Source: Carcharhinus longimanus (Eukaryota). Taken from it: 64,000 nucleotides of DNA. The stretch covers positions 12,454,708-12,518,707 of the forward strand of contig JASCQW010000139.1 in assembly GCA_030264375.1 (NCBI GenBank). The letters are read 5' to 3'. This document shows positions 37,566 to 49,429 of the stretch, piece by piece. The position numbers were made by a program, and so were the translations under genes. The notes below the pieces were generated by a model. The model searched no databases. It saw only the letters and a list, made by a program, of their open reading frames with translations, and had not been told where the DNA came from. Each line of letters begins with the position of its first letter. The first letter of the stretch is position 1.

Positions 37566-39182
37566 ATTTGTGTCCAGCCTCATTTGTACATTTACTTAGA
37601 GAAACAAGTAAACTGCCTTTGAACATTGGTCTTTAACTTATTGCTGCTGTTGTATAGTCTTAAGAAATTGTTAGATGCATGGGTTTGGATGGTCTGCTAG
37701 ATTTCATTCAAATGGTGCACCAAATATCACAGCTTACTGAAAATATGTACTGCTGAGAAGCATTTTTTAAAGGAGAATCAAAATAAAGCAGAGTGCTCAT
37801 TTGAAATAGGTATGCTAAATCTTAAAGCCAGAGATTGATTTTTTTTTGGCGTAACACAAAGGGGGAAGGAGAAATGGATGCCGCAGTGTTCTACAACTAC
37901 TTAGTGTGAATATTGCTGCAAGGTGACCAAGTGAAGTGAGCGTGGCAATTCCAAACAATTTTGTAGGGGTTACAAATTTATTATAATGCCTTCTGTTCAG
38001 AACCGTTGAAAATTTTTAAGTCAAGGTATGTGAGAAGTTGATGTGCTAATGCAGAGAGAGTCCTCTGCCCTGGTTGAGACATATTCTCCGCTATTCATCT
38101 GACCATATTTTGCCTCACCTCGTTGGCACTGTTTTTCCTTGCATTGGGCTTTCCCCCTCAATGAAAGTTGGTGGGAAATGTCAGTACGAATATAAAGTAT
38201 ACTTTTCTACTTTCTATTTAACATATGGAGGGGTGGGGGGGCGGAATGTAAAGGTCAGACTACAAAACGTACTAATACTTGAAGTAATTCTACTTTATCT
38301 TGTAATGGAAATCCTCTAACATTTTTACCAATGGAGAATTAATTCTGCTTCATCTGGTTTATTTTTTCTTTAATCAAGAACACTGGAGTAATGTCTGTTT
38401 TGTGCCTGAAATATTTACAGCCAGTCAATTATGTTTTCAGCAAATGTAATGAATAATAGGTAATCTAGTTGTTTGAAATATAGCTGTATTAATCTACAAT
38501 AAGAAGCTGTGATGTGCAGTATTAGATAAAGGAAATTCTACTCTTCCGTTCAGTGCTTGAAAAACATTGTTCTTTGAGTAGAAAAAGCAGTAGTTTCTCA
38601 ATTTTATCAACCTAGTGGGAGTTTTGTTAGCCCCCACTGAGTAACGGCTGCTAAAAAGCTTTTATTGTGAAATGTGATAATTAAAATGCAATTACTGACG
38701 TTGCTGTGGCTTTGCAGACAGTTGTAGGTTGGAGCTCGTTGGTGACGAGGATTTAAACTTGTGCTGTTTTGGGAGATGATGTAATGCTAGAAGGAGTAAC
38801 ACTTCCTTTTAGTCATGCTGTATGATGACAATAGCTGCTCTTGTTTTATGGGTCTGCAACAATCTGCTGAAAGGTTGCCATTTCTTACAGCATAGCAGGT
38901 TTTCATTTTGGCAGATTTGAAGGCTGAATACTGTGGGATGAGTGTTTATGTATAAAGGATGAGGGCCCGTAATGGGTTGAAATTACACTTCAGCAAGAAG
39001 CCTCAATTTTTCTTCCTATTTGGATTTCTTCAATGTATCTTTATTTCATTTTTTACAAAATAGTTACTTGCCTTTTGAAGATGATTTACTTTTTGGAGAT
39101 TTGGAGATTTTCATGACTTGAAAGTTAGCTAAAACAATTTATTTTAATGTGTCTGTTTTCATATGCAGATCAGTGCAATGCG

Positions 39183-40210
39183 AGAAAGAAAGACTTCCAT
39201 AATTACTGTAGAGCACTTTTCACAACCACCGGACACTTAAGTGTGTTACAGTCAGTGAAGTACTTTCTGAAGTATAGTTAGCATTGATGTTCTTCATTCC
39301 AACAGCTCATTCTGTGTAGCTGGCTCAGGATACCTAGAAACATACTCCCTTGGGTTCCTCAACACCACAAGAGATTCTGAACAAGTGATGTGTGGTTAAG
39401 TAATTGAGGGCAAAACTACTTAATTTTTAAAATGATCACAAGTTGAGTTAAGCCTGATATTGAAGTTAAAGGTAGCATTTGGCATATTTCAAATTTGCAA
39501 CAACACATGCAAATCAAAACTTACTGAACATGTTGCACACTACAAATTTACTTACATAAGAACATAAGAAATAGGAGCAGGAGTAGGCCATTTAGCCCTT
39601 CGAGCCTGCCCTGCCATTCAACAAGATCATGGCTGATNNNNNNNNNNNNNNNNNNNNNNNNNNNNNNNNNNNNNNNNNNNNNNNNNNNNNNNNNNNNNNN
39701 NNNNNNNNNNNNNNNNNNNNNNNNNNNNNNNNNNNNNCCAGCACCGATCCCTGCGGCACTCCACTAGTCACCAACCGCCAATCAGAATAGCACCCATTGA
39801 TACCAACTCTCTGTGTCCTACTAGACAACCAATCCTCTATCCACGCTAACACCGTACCCCCAACTCCGTGCACCCTAACCTTTTGCAGCAAAAGACTGGT
39901 ATTTTGTGCTGGTTCTGTATTATAGTAACCTATGCTTGAGGAAACATGACAACTGATTTACACTGAGCAAATTCCCACGCAACATAATGACCAGGTAATA
40001 TTTTTGTGAATTTGTTTGAGGGAGCAAGGTTAACTGCCCTGCTTTTATTCAAAATGGTGCCATACATCCACCTGAGCAGGTAGATGGAGCCTCAGTTTAA
40101 CATCCCATCCGAAAGACTGCTTCCTCAGTATTGCTAAGCAATAGAGTTAAACTTGAATCTGGAGTCTTGAATCATAGGCAAGTGTGCTATGAACAGAGGC
40201 ACACCTGAAA
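39183..40210 (-). mobile_element. Deu-SINE pieces: tail 39183-39290, body/head 39935-40210
   Basis: The tail gaaagaaagactt...gaagtactttctgaagtatagt and core catccacctgagcaggtagatggagcctcagtttaacatcccatccgaaagac are colinear with the 55735-56195 copy. Confidence 0.6.
39554..39890 (-). mobile_element. Young CR1, middle collapsed into a gap
   Basis: (acataaga)2 tail; VLAWIEDWLSSRTQRVGINGCYSDWRLVTSGVPQGSVL intact. Confidence 0.92.
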
Positions 40211-40604
40211 CTTAAGATGGAGCAAAGTGTCCATGGTCTCCTTTATAGGGAAAGGAAAGGGCAAAGTTCTGCAGGATATGAGGTACCTCCTCAAAGGTAA
40301 AGTAATTTCTTAGACAAATGAGAATGGGTTGCCCTTACGCACATGAGGTTCCAGATACTGCATTTAGGAAAAGGAATGGTCTAAAAAGCAAATGGTTACT
40401 AAAGCATGGGTCACTATAATACAGAACAAGCACAAAATACCAGTCTGTACAAAAATTAGTGTGCAACCTGTTGAGCATGTTTTGGTTTGTAGTGTTGCTG
40501 CAAATTTAATTTATGCCAACTTCGATATCAGGCTTAACTCAAATTGTGATAGTTTTAAAAGTTAAGTAGTTTTGTCCTCGATTTGTGCCAGCTGCACAAT
40601 GAGT

Positions 40605-42852
40605 TGCTGGGATGAAGAACACAGTAAGAAGTTCATAAAGCAGGTTAAAGTCCAACAGGTTTATTTGCTAGCCACTAGCTTTCAGAGCATCGCCCCTTTA
40701 TTGGGTGAGTGGGAGTTCTGCCCACAAACAGGGCATGTAAAGACACAATTTACAAAATAATGGTTGGAATGCAGGTCATTACAGGTAATCAAGCCTTAAA
40801 GGTACAGACAGTGTGAGTGGAATGAGGGTTAAGCACAAGTGTGTTTTCTCCAGCCAGGGCCGTTAGTGAGATTACAAGCCCAGGCAAGTCATGGGTCACC
40901 TCAGCACTTCACTGTACAGCAAGTCCACGGATAACCTCATGATGCTCCTCTTCCCTAGCTTCCACCCGAAACATGTTAAAGAAGCCATCCCCTATGGACA
41001 AGACCTCCATATATACAGGATCTGCTCCAATGAGGAGAATTGCAACAGAGACCTCCAGACACTGAAAGATGCCCTCATAAGAACAGGATATGGCGTTCGA
41101 CTCAGTCGACAGTTCCAAAGTGCCACAGTGGAAAAACCGCACCGACCTCTTTAGAAGACGAACACGGGACACGGCAGAGGGTACCCTTCGTCATCCAGCA
41201 CTTCGAAGCAGAGAGACTATGATATCTTCTCTGGTGCATTCAACATGTCATTGAAGATGAACATCTCGCCAAGGCCATCCCCACTTCTTGCCTTCAAACA
41301 ACTGCACACAGACCATTGTCTGCAGCAAACTACCCAGCCTTGAGAACAGTGTCCACAACAACAACCCTGCCACAGCAACTTCTGCAAGACGTGCCAGATC
41401 ATCGACAAGGATGCCATTATCTCACATGAGAACACCATCCACCAGGTACATGGTACATGCTCTTGCAACTCAGCCAACACTGTCTACCTGATGTAGTGCA
41501 AGAAAGGATGTCCTGAGGCATGGTACATTGGGGAGACAATGCAGACGCTGTGACAACGGATGAATGAACATTTCTCGACAATCACCAGTCAAGAAAGTTC
41601 TCTTCCTGTTGAGAAACACTTCAGCAGTCATGGGCATTCGGCCTCTGATCTTCGGGTAAGCATTCTCCAAGGCGGCCTTCACAACACACGACAACGCAGA
41701 GTCGCTGAGCAGAAACTGATAGCCAAGTTCTGCATACATGAGGACGGCCTCAACTGAGATCTTAGGTTCAGGTCACACTATCTGTAACCCCCACGACTTG
41801 CCTGGGCTTGCAAAATCTAACTAATTGTCTTGTCTGGAGACAATACACATCTCTTTAACCTGTGCTTAACCCTCTCTCCAATCACATTGTCTGTATCTTT
41901 AAGACTCGATTACCTGTAAAGATTCGCATTCCAACCATTATTTTGTAAATTGAGTTTGTGTCTTTATATACCCTGTTTGTGAACAGAGCTCCCACTTAGC
42001 TGGCGAAGGAGCAACATTCCAAAAATAAGTGGCTTTTGCTTCCAAATAAACCTGNNNNNNNNNNNNNNNNNNNNNNNNNNNNNNNNNNNNNNNNNNNNNN
42101 NNNNNNNNNNNNNNNNNNNNNNNNNNNNNNNNNNNNNNNNNNNNNNNNNNNNNNCGACAAGGATGCCATCATCTCACGTGAGAACACCATCCACTAGGTA
42201 CATACGCTTGCAACTCAACCAACGTTGTCTACCTGATGCACTGCAGGAAAGGATGTCCCAAGGCATGGTACGTTGGGGAGAACATGCAGACGCTACGACA
42301 ACAGATGAATGAATACTGCTGGACAATCAACAGGCAAGTGTTCTCTTCCTGTTGCAGAGCAGTTCAGCAGTCACGGGCATTTGGCCCCTGATCTTCAGGT
42401 AAGCATTCTCCAAGGTGGCCTTCAGGACACATGACAATGCAGAGTCACTGAGCAGGGAATGATAGCGAAGTTCCACGCACAACCTGGATCTTGGTTCATG
42501 TCACTATCTGTAACCACCGTGACTTGCCTGGGCTCGCAAAATCTCACTAACTGTCCTGGCTGGAAACAATACACTTCTCTTTAACTTGTACTTAACCCTC
42601 TCTCCACTCACGTTGTCTGTGCCTTTAAGACCTAATTACCTGTAAAGACTCACATTCCAATCATTATTTTGTAAATTGAGCTTTGTCTTTACATGCCCTG
42701 TTTGTGAACATAACTCCCACTCACCTGATGAAGGAGCAGCACTCCGAAAGCTAGTGGCTTGTGCAACCAAATAAACCTGTTGGACTTTAACCTGGTGTTG
42801 TGAGACTTCTTATTGCGTTTACCTCAGTCCAACACCACCATCTTCACATCAG
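40605..42852 (+). mobile_element. Penelope-like element: inverted terminal repeat (40605-40895), RT thumb plus GIY-YIG (40895-41757), 3' repeat, then a tandem partial copy (42155-42852)
   Basis: TSLYSKSTD, SFHPKHVKEAIPYGQ, VYL-CKKGCPEAWYIGET-QRMNEH, LPVEKHFS and EQKLIAKF-GLN; 40605-40895 is the reverse complement of the 3' repeats. Confidence 0.92.
42721..42757 (+). ncRNA. Minimal type I hammerhead ribozyme motif in the PLE terminal repeat
   Basis: TCAC-CTGATGA-A-GGAG(cagca)CTCC-GAA-AGCT-A-GTGG: conserved core boxes, stem II, palindromic stem III half AGCT, and stem I CAC/GTG. Confidence 0.7.
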
Positions 42853-44794
42853 GGATGAAGAGCATCGGTTTAGTTTACAAATATGCAGTGCTACTTCTGG
42901 CTTCGCCTCATGTCTCTTCAATGCTCAGCTTGCAGAAGGAAGCTTTTCTGTAGGACTGTATAGTTAATACCATTAAATTTATGACTTGTGCACTTTGGAA
43001 TAAGTGTATCAGTTAATTACCTGATTACATAACTGTTTCGATATAAATCTTTGACCTTTCATTTAATTCAAAGTGGAAAAATGTGCCAACACTTGCAGTT
43101 GGATATTTCCCGTATATGGGTTGTATATTGTTTTAGCTAATATACTTCACTTAGTGCCTGTTTGGCAATGGTGTATTTATGTCTGAAATTTTTATTCATT
43201 TCTAATCCATTTGAGTATTTAAGCATTAGCACAAATGTAATTTACCTTCTAATAAGATGGAGATAGGGAAGGTCTTCTGGTGTCTGAACACAGTTTGCCT
43301 CCAGTGAGTATAAAAGATTTTTTGATGGTGCTTTTTTTGTTTTTGCTTTTCCAGGCAGTTAAATTGGCACTCCTAAATGGAATTTAACCATATCTACCAC
43401 AAGATTTTCCTCTGTCCAACGCTTCTGCAAAATAGTTCCACAGATTGCTGTGGATTTTAAACTTGTCAAAAGAGATTAGCAATTAGTGAAATAAAAACAG
43501 AATACTAAAAATATTCAAGTCGGGTAGTATCTATGGAGAGCAACACAGATACCATTTCCAGTTGATCTTTTGATAGAACTGATGACATAGCATTTGGCAT
43601 GTTTCAATAACAAAAACGTGGAGGGTGGAATAGTGGGAGTGTCCAACCTGATTGTCCTTTGACAGTTGCTGAGGCAGTTGCTTTTACTTGAAGCAGGCAC
43701 TGGTCCGCAGTTCAGTTAGGATGGGCAATAAATGCTGCTCTATTTGACAACTCCCACATCTCAAAAAAATTAGTGTTGCTTATTGTACTTGTTTTATGGT
43801 GCTCTGGTACTTAAATGCAGATTGTTAAGAGACCAGATACTTGATGTGTTGCATGAGTAAAGGGTTCTTTCCTTGACGGCACAAATAATTTAAGTTGGAC
43901 CTTTCAGGTAAATCATGTTATGTTGTTATTGCTTTTTCTTGCTCTTTCCCACCCCCAGCAACATAACTGGCAAAGTATGCTCAGCAGCTTGCAAATTTAC
44001 TCTTTGCTACTCTGATAACCATCTATAATAAGACATGGTAGATTAACTAGGGGTGAGTTTAGTCTTAGTGTGGGTGTTATACAAGCATGATGGTCAATTT
44101 CTGCTTTAAGTAGTTGGTGAAGACCCTTTTGCAGTTCAACTGACATACTTTTTATCTCTGATCCCAGTTTTTGCACATCCTCCAGTCAAAGGCAGTGTGC
44201 GCTCTTGGGAATCACAGTGTAACGAAGTGAGCTGGGAAGTGTTTTTTTTCGTAAGATGACAAACCTCTGTGCTACCCAACGACTTTGCTGTTGTCAGCAA
44301 ATTAAGCTATCTGTATAGTTCGTTTTCTTTCATAGACCATCCACTAGTTTTTCTGACATCTCTTTTGTAAAATATTTGGAATACATAGTTGGCTAACTAG
44401 AAACCATATCCAAATAGATTTGAAAATTTGGATTGCTGATTAATATTTAAGCACCTTTTTAAACAGTCAAACGCCATTCTATTTGTATTTTAAATACTAA
44501 CGCAGTTACCGTTAATTTTGGAACAATGCCTTTGTTTCTGTGGAGAACGCAGAATTTGTTCCTTGATCTTAGCTCTTTTTGGGTTTTAATTCTGATATTT
44601 TACCACTTAAAGCAATAATCTAGCTGCACATACTTGGGCTGTTTAGCCTTTTATAATGTAACTACTTTATTCCCTTGTTAAGATTTGCCCAGACCATACG
44701 TGGATTACTTGCTCATAAGCCTCCGCCACCACTGCTCTGGTGGCTTCTGTGAAGTCGTTGTAATAATCTGAAAGACGGCTTGTGTAATCTCTAA

Positions 44795-44942
44795 ACATAG
44801 TATCATAGACCAATACTGCCCAGAAATAGGGCCTTCGGCCCAACTGATCCATGCCATCCATAGTGCCCTCCCAGCTAGTCCCAATTGTCTGTTTGGCCCA
44901 TATCCCTCCAATCCTTTTCCATCCATGTACTTATCCAAATAG
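44795..44942 (-). mobile_element. CR1 (HER1-like) 3' end
   Basis: MDKYMDGKGLEGYG on the minus strand; cccttcggcccaactgatccatgcc. Confidence 0.75.
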
Positions 44943-45659
44943 AGGATTGTTAGAAATTAGTAGTAAAANNNNNNNNNNNNNNNNNNNNNNNNNNNNNNNN
45001 NNGAAGTGCAGAATCTTAATTTATTTTATTTCAGGTAAATTAATAAATGTTAAGTTTTCCAAATCCAAACTCTCGGTCCAGTGTGATGCAATGTGTATTT
45101 GTGTAAAAAAAAAAAAAATTTTTCAAAAATAAAATGCCAATTCAGTTTTTCTATTTCCAGGGAGATAATTTAAGAAACATTGAAAACAGAAGGGAAAAAG
45201 TCAACTTGAATGTTGAAAGAAACTGATAAAACATGCCAACCAGAGCAGTAATTTGTAGGTCTTGTTTTGATTCTCAAGTCCCACCTTCCATTTATGTTCG
45301 GTTTTCACAAGTTTTGTGTTGTTTTAAGCTGGCTTGAACAGTTGCTGCATTTTGTGAATTCTGGTAACAGAAAAGTTGCTGATGTCAATGATCAGAGGTC
45401 TGGGAGTATGTGGAATTTAGGTGCATGAGTTGTGTTTAGGTGGCACTTTTAGTGATTTTTGAAGTGTTCTTTAATTGCAGCAGAAGCTTTTCAGAAGACT
45501 TAGCTTGAGTTCAAGAATTTTGATTGTCTACACCCTTCAGAACGTCTATTGATTTGTTAGTAAAAAGCTGCCTCTAACTGCTTTTAAAATCTGGTTATTG
45601 GCATTAGTTGGTTTCGCTCAGAATAATTGGTCCTCGTATAGATTATGGATGAGGCTATT

Positions 45660-45990
45660 CATAGAATCCTCGCAGTGCATGGAGGCCATTAGACACATTT
45701 GAGTCTGCACCAACTCTTCAATACAGCATCCTACTCAGGCCGTATCCCCATAAACCCACGTATTTTCCCCACTAATCCCTGTAACACCCACATCCTAGCA
45801 CACTAAGTGGCAATTTAGCATGACCTATCAACCTAATCTGCACATGTTTGGAGTGTGGGAGGAAACCAGCGCATCTAGAGCAAATCCACGCAGACATTGG
45901 GTGATTGTGCAAATGCCACACGTTCTTCCCAAGTCAGAATTGAACCCAGATCCCTGACACTGAGGCAGCAGTGCTAACCACTGAGCCACT
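45660..45990 (-). mobile_element. HE1-like SINE, near full length
   Basis: Minus strand: GTGGCTCAGTGGTTAGCACTGCTGCCTCA (box A), GGGTTCAATTC (box B), ggtttcctcccacactccaaa, tail ggattctatg. Confidence 0.88.
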
Positions 45991-46083
45991 CTTTATTTTT
46001 TAATTTCCACATTCTCCTCAGAACAAATCATTCTTGTTCCTGATCACAATCTATCCAAGCTCCCATTCCCAGGTCACTCCCAG

Positions 46084-46106
46084 TGCGTGGCTCTTAAGAA
46101 CCTTTG
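46084..46106 (-). ncRNA. Decayed histone 3' stem-loop
   Basis: Minus strand CAAAGGTTCTTAAGAGCCACGCA versus consensus CCAAAGGYYCTTTTNAGRGCCACCCA (2-nt loop deletion). Confidence 0.8.
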
Positions 46107-46137
46107 ATTTGTGTTTGGATTTGGCATAGAATTTCTA

Positions 46138-46418
46138 CCATAGTGTGTGTGGCCCTGGCATTTCAGAGCATACACCACCGTCTTGTGCTTGGCATGTTCA
46201 GTGTAAGTGACTGCATCCCTGATCACATTCTCCAGGAAAACCTTCAGCACCCCACTAGTCTCTTCATAGATCAAGTCCAAGATCTGCTTGACACCACCAT
46301 GGTGAGCCAGGTGGCAGATTGCTGGTTTGATGCCCTGAATATTATCACTAAGCACTTTGCGGTGCTATTTTGCTGTGTCTTTACTCAGTCCTTTGCCCTC
46401 TTTGCCTCTGTCAGACAT
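46138..46418 (-). pseudogene. Histone H4 pseudogene (replication-dependent type)
   Basis: ATG at 46418 gives MSDRGKEGKGLSK, then a +1 frameshift and a TAG stop, then [76 protein letters not shown]. Confidence 0.95.
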
Positions 46419-46616
46419 GAATATTTTTCACTCCAATCAATGTACAATAGGCCAGTATGTAATTTTTAACATTGTGGTGTTCTGTCGCATCATTTGATCA
46501 GTTTTTTTGTTCCAGTAAATATCTCTTGCCATGTTATTTCATCCTTGTGAAATGATCATGGGTTTGTATCAAGTGAGATTTATTCTGCTGATTTTGGATC
46601 AACTCTCTAGGGTTAG

Positions 46617-46940
46617 AACATAAGAACATAAGAAATAGGAGCAGGAGTAGGCCATCTGGCCCTTCGAGCCTGCCCCGCCATTCAATNNNNNNNNNNNNNN
46701 NNNNNNNNNNNNNNNNNNNNNNNNNNNNNNNNNNNNNNNNNNNNNNNNNNNNNNNNNNNNNNNNNNNNNNNNNNNNNNNNNNNNNNGCTCAACCCCCTCA
46801 ACTCCGGTATCAGCCTAGTAAACCTCCTCTGCACTCCCTCCAAGGCCAAAATATCTTTGCACAAGTGCGGCGCCCAAAACTGCACACAGTACTCCAGCTG
46901 CGGCCTCACCAATGCCCTATACAGCTGCAGCAAGACCACA
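46617..46940 (-). mobile_element. Young CR1 3' fragment with gap
   Basis: Tail nearly identical to the 11786 copy; [50 protein letters not shown] intact. Confidence 0.92.
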
Positions 46941-49429
46941 TGCAAGTGTGCATACAAATAGTCTGTTTCTGTTCTCACACTATCTCTGTCTACTGGGAAT
47001 CATCAGCATTTAGCATTACAATGCAGTAGGATTCATTACCTATATTCAGCCAAAATTTTCAATACCTCACAAAGCAGAGGTGAGGTAAAGGAATCTCAAG
47101 ATCTGGAAAAATGCTCCCTGGTTGTTTATAGAATTAACTGAGATGGGAACAAATAACTATCTGTTTTGTTTGTTGACTTTAACAGAAATTGAATAGGAAT
47201 GATGCGTTTTGGGGGTAGGAGTGGTGATGGACAGGGTACAATTTGATCGGCTGTGTGGAAAAAGCAAGGGAATGAAATTAGTCAGTTCTTTCAGAGTTGG
47301 CACTGGAACCGTGGATTAAATTGCTTAACTTCTATGCTGTGAGATTTTATGAAAATGGGATACAAATGGTCAAAATAACTAGTAAATGCAATAATTTATG
47401 TTCACTTGAAACCAGGAAATTTTTAAAATACTGAAAGCGCGTTAAGTTAACAGCAGTCATGCAGCTTATTTTGTTTCTTTGCCTTAATTTCAGATGCTGA
47501 CTCATGCTGGGGCACATTTTTGAGTCCAAAAATAAGCTAGAATGGATTTAAAATAATGGGACTTTGTTGCAGTTGCCTCTGATTCTATTATTGCTTGACG
47601 GGCACATGGGGTAATGGGGCTCTAATCAGTAACTGAGAGCAACTAATAGTGCAAACAGAAACCGCACCTGTAAACTCAAGTTTTTATGGCTCAGTAAAGG
47701 AAGCTTAGTCCACCCCACTTTTACATTAATACAGTAACGTTTTGACACAATTGGATTTTTGAAGTGGACTGATAAAAATAAAAGAAGTTCTTTGAAAAAA
47801 AAATCAAACCACTTCCTGCCACAAATGTTAGGTAGAAGTAATAATTTACAAAAGATGATTGTCTCTATAGGGATTCTATTAATATTAAGAGAAATTCAAA
47901 CTCCTTGATGCGCTGAAGAGATTATACCATAAAATTTCACATTTTAAACTAAAACTTTACTGAATGTAGGGAAAAAATAAACCAAATTAAGCATGACTAA
48001 TGTGACATTATTTGTGGAGACTTGGATTCCAAACCATGTTCTAGTTTTTAATTTCACCCGAGAGTTCCCTTTTACATTATACCTTCCTGCGGATTCATTT
48101 TTCTGTGACCAAAGCAAAGTATGCCACAGCTTTCCTCAGTGTTCCAAATATTGTCCAAGGTACAAGATTTCAGAGATCCTGGGCACTCACTTTTGGCTAA
48201 CTGATCTCCAACTCTATTTCAGAACTTCAGTTGTGGAATTTTCAGCTCAAACTTGGTCCTCACTGCCGCTTTGCTTAGGGACTAAAAATCAATAACACCT
48301 GTGGTTCCAAGCTGCTTGTCCTGACTTTGGAAAATGGATTGTTTTTCCCCAGTCTGTTCTCAGCTGTTTTACAGATCCTAGTATGTTCTATTTCTCTGCG
48401 TTCTCCAAGCTCTAACCATGCTGACTGACTCCCTAATAGAGGTAACTGCTCTTTTTTTTTCAGACTTTGTGGTTCCACCAAGAAACTCCGTTCCCCTGTA
48501 CAAGCTGCTTTTAGCTTCTTTTTCATCTGGGAACTACATGAATAATTTAAATCATTTATTGTGATAACTGGAGGCATCCAGGCTGTACCAAGATGCCTAG
48601 AGAGGATTGTGTATTGCTTAGGGTGTTCTTTCTTCCCATTCTGATGTTGGAAAATAAACGCAGATTACCCTTTTAAATAATTAATCCAGATCTGGTTAAT
48701 TTGCACCCACTTTAGATGTCTGCAGAAATAGGATTTTCTATTTCCAATTCAATTTTAAAACATTTTGAAATTAGATATTCACAACCAGTGTAGTATGTAT
48801 AATACATGACAAAGGGGAAGCTAGTGAGCTGTATCATTAACCTTGTATTGTTGCAGTGTATGAAGCAACCTGGTGTAATGACTTCCAGGTTTTGGGAAAA
48901 AAAATGAAGGCATTTATTCACACTCTTAGCATTTTAAACCAGAAAGTCAACATCCAAGGTGCAGTGCCAGATTAGCAATATCCCCTCCATAATTGACCAT
49001 AACTTGACCTTTGTTATCATCTTCTGATTTTTAATTGAGTTTAAAATACAGATCTCTTAATGGAGAAACTACCATGCCCTTAATACTGAGCAATGGTTTG
49101 CTTTGGGTACCATTGTTGCAATTGTAAGCACTCAACACATTAACTGCCTTGTTGCTGTGGGATGATACCACACCCATGGCTGGAAGAAAGCTGCAGTGTT
49201 CAGTGGAATTGCTGACTAACTTGCAAATGTGTTTCGCATTAGAAAGCGAAGAGCAGAAAAGCAGCAGAATCTGCATTACTGAAGAATTTGAATAATCTGC
49301 AAGCCCTAATGAAAAAGGTACTGGGAAATACTGACTGGACAGTTGAATAGTTTAATTTGTTCAGACCTTGAGACATCAATTATTGTTGAGAAGAATTGGG
49401 AAAAGTATGCAAAATTGTCTAATCCAAAA

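Noticed and set aside
46074-46355. 93-aa H4-like ORF as a functional histone variant
   Set aside because: The true ATG is out of frame, with a frameshift, a stop, deletions, loss of the C-terminal FGG and a CpG-decay substitution pattern. It is a pseudogene.
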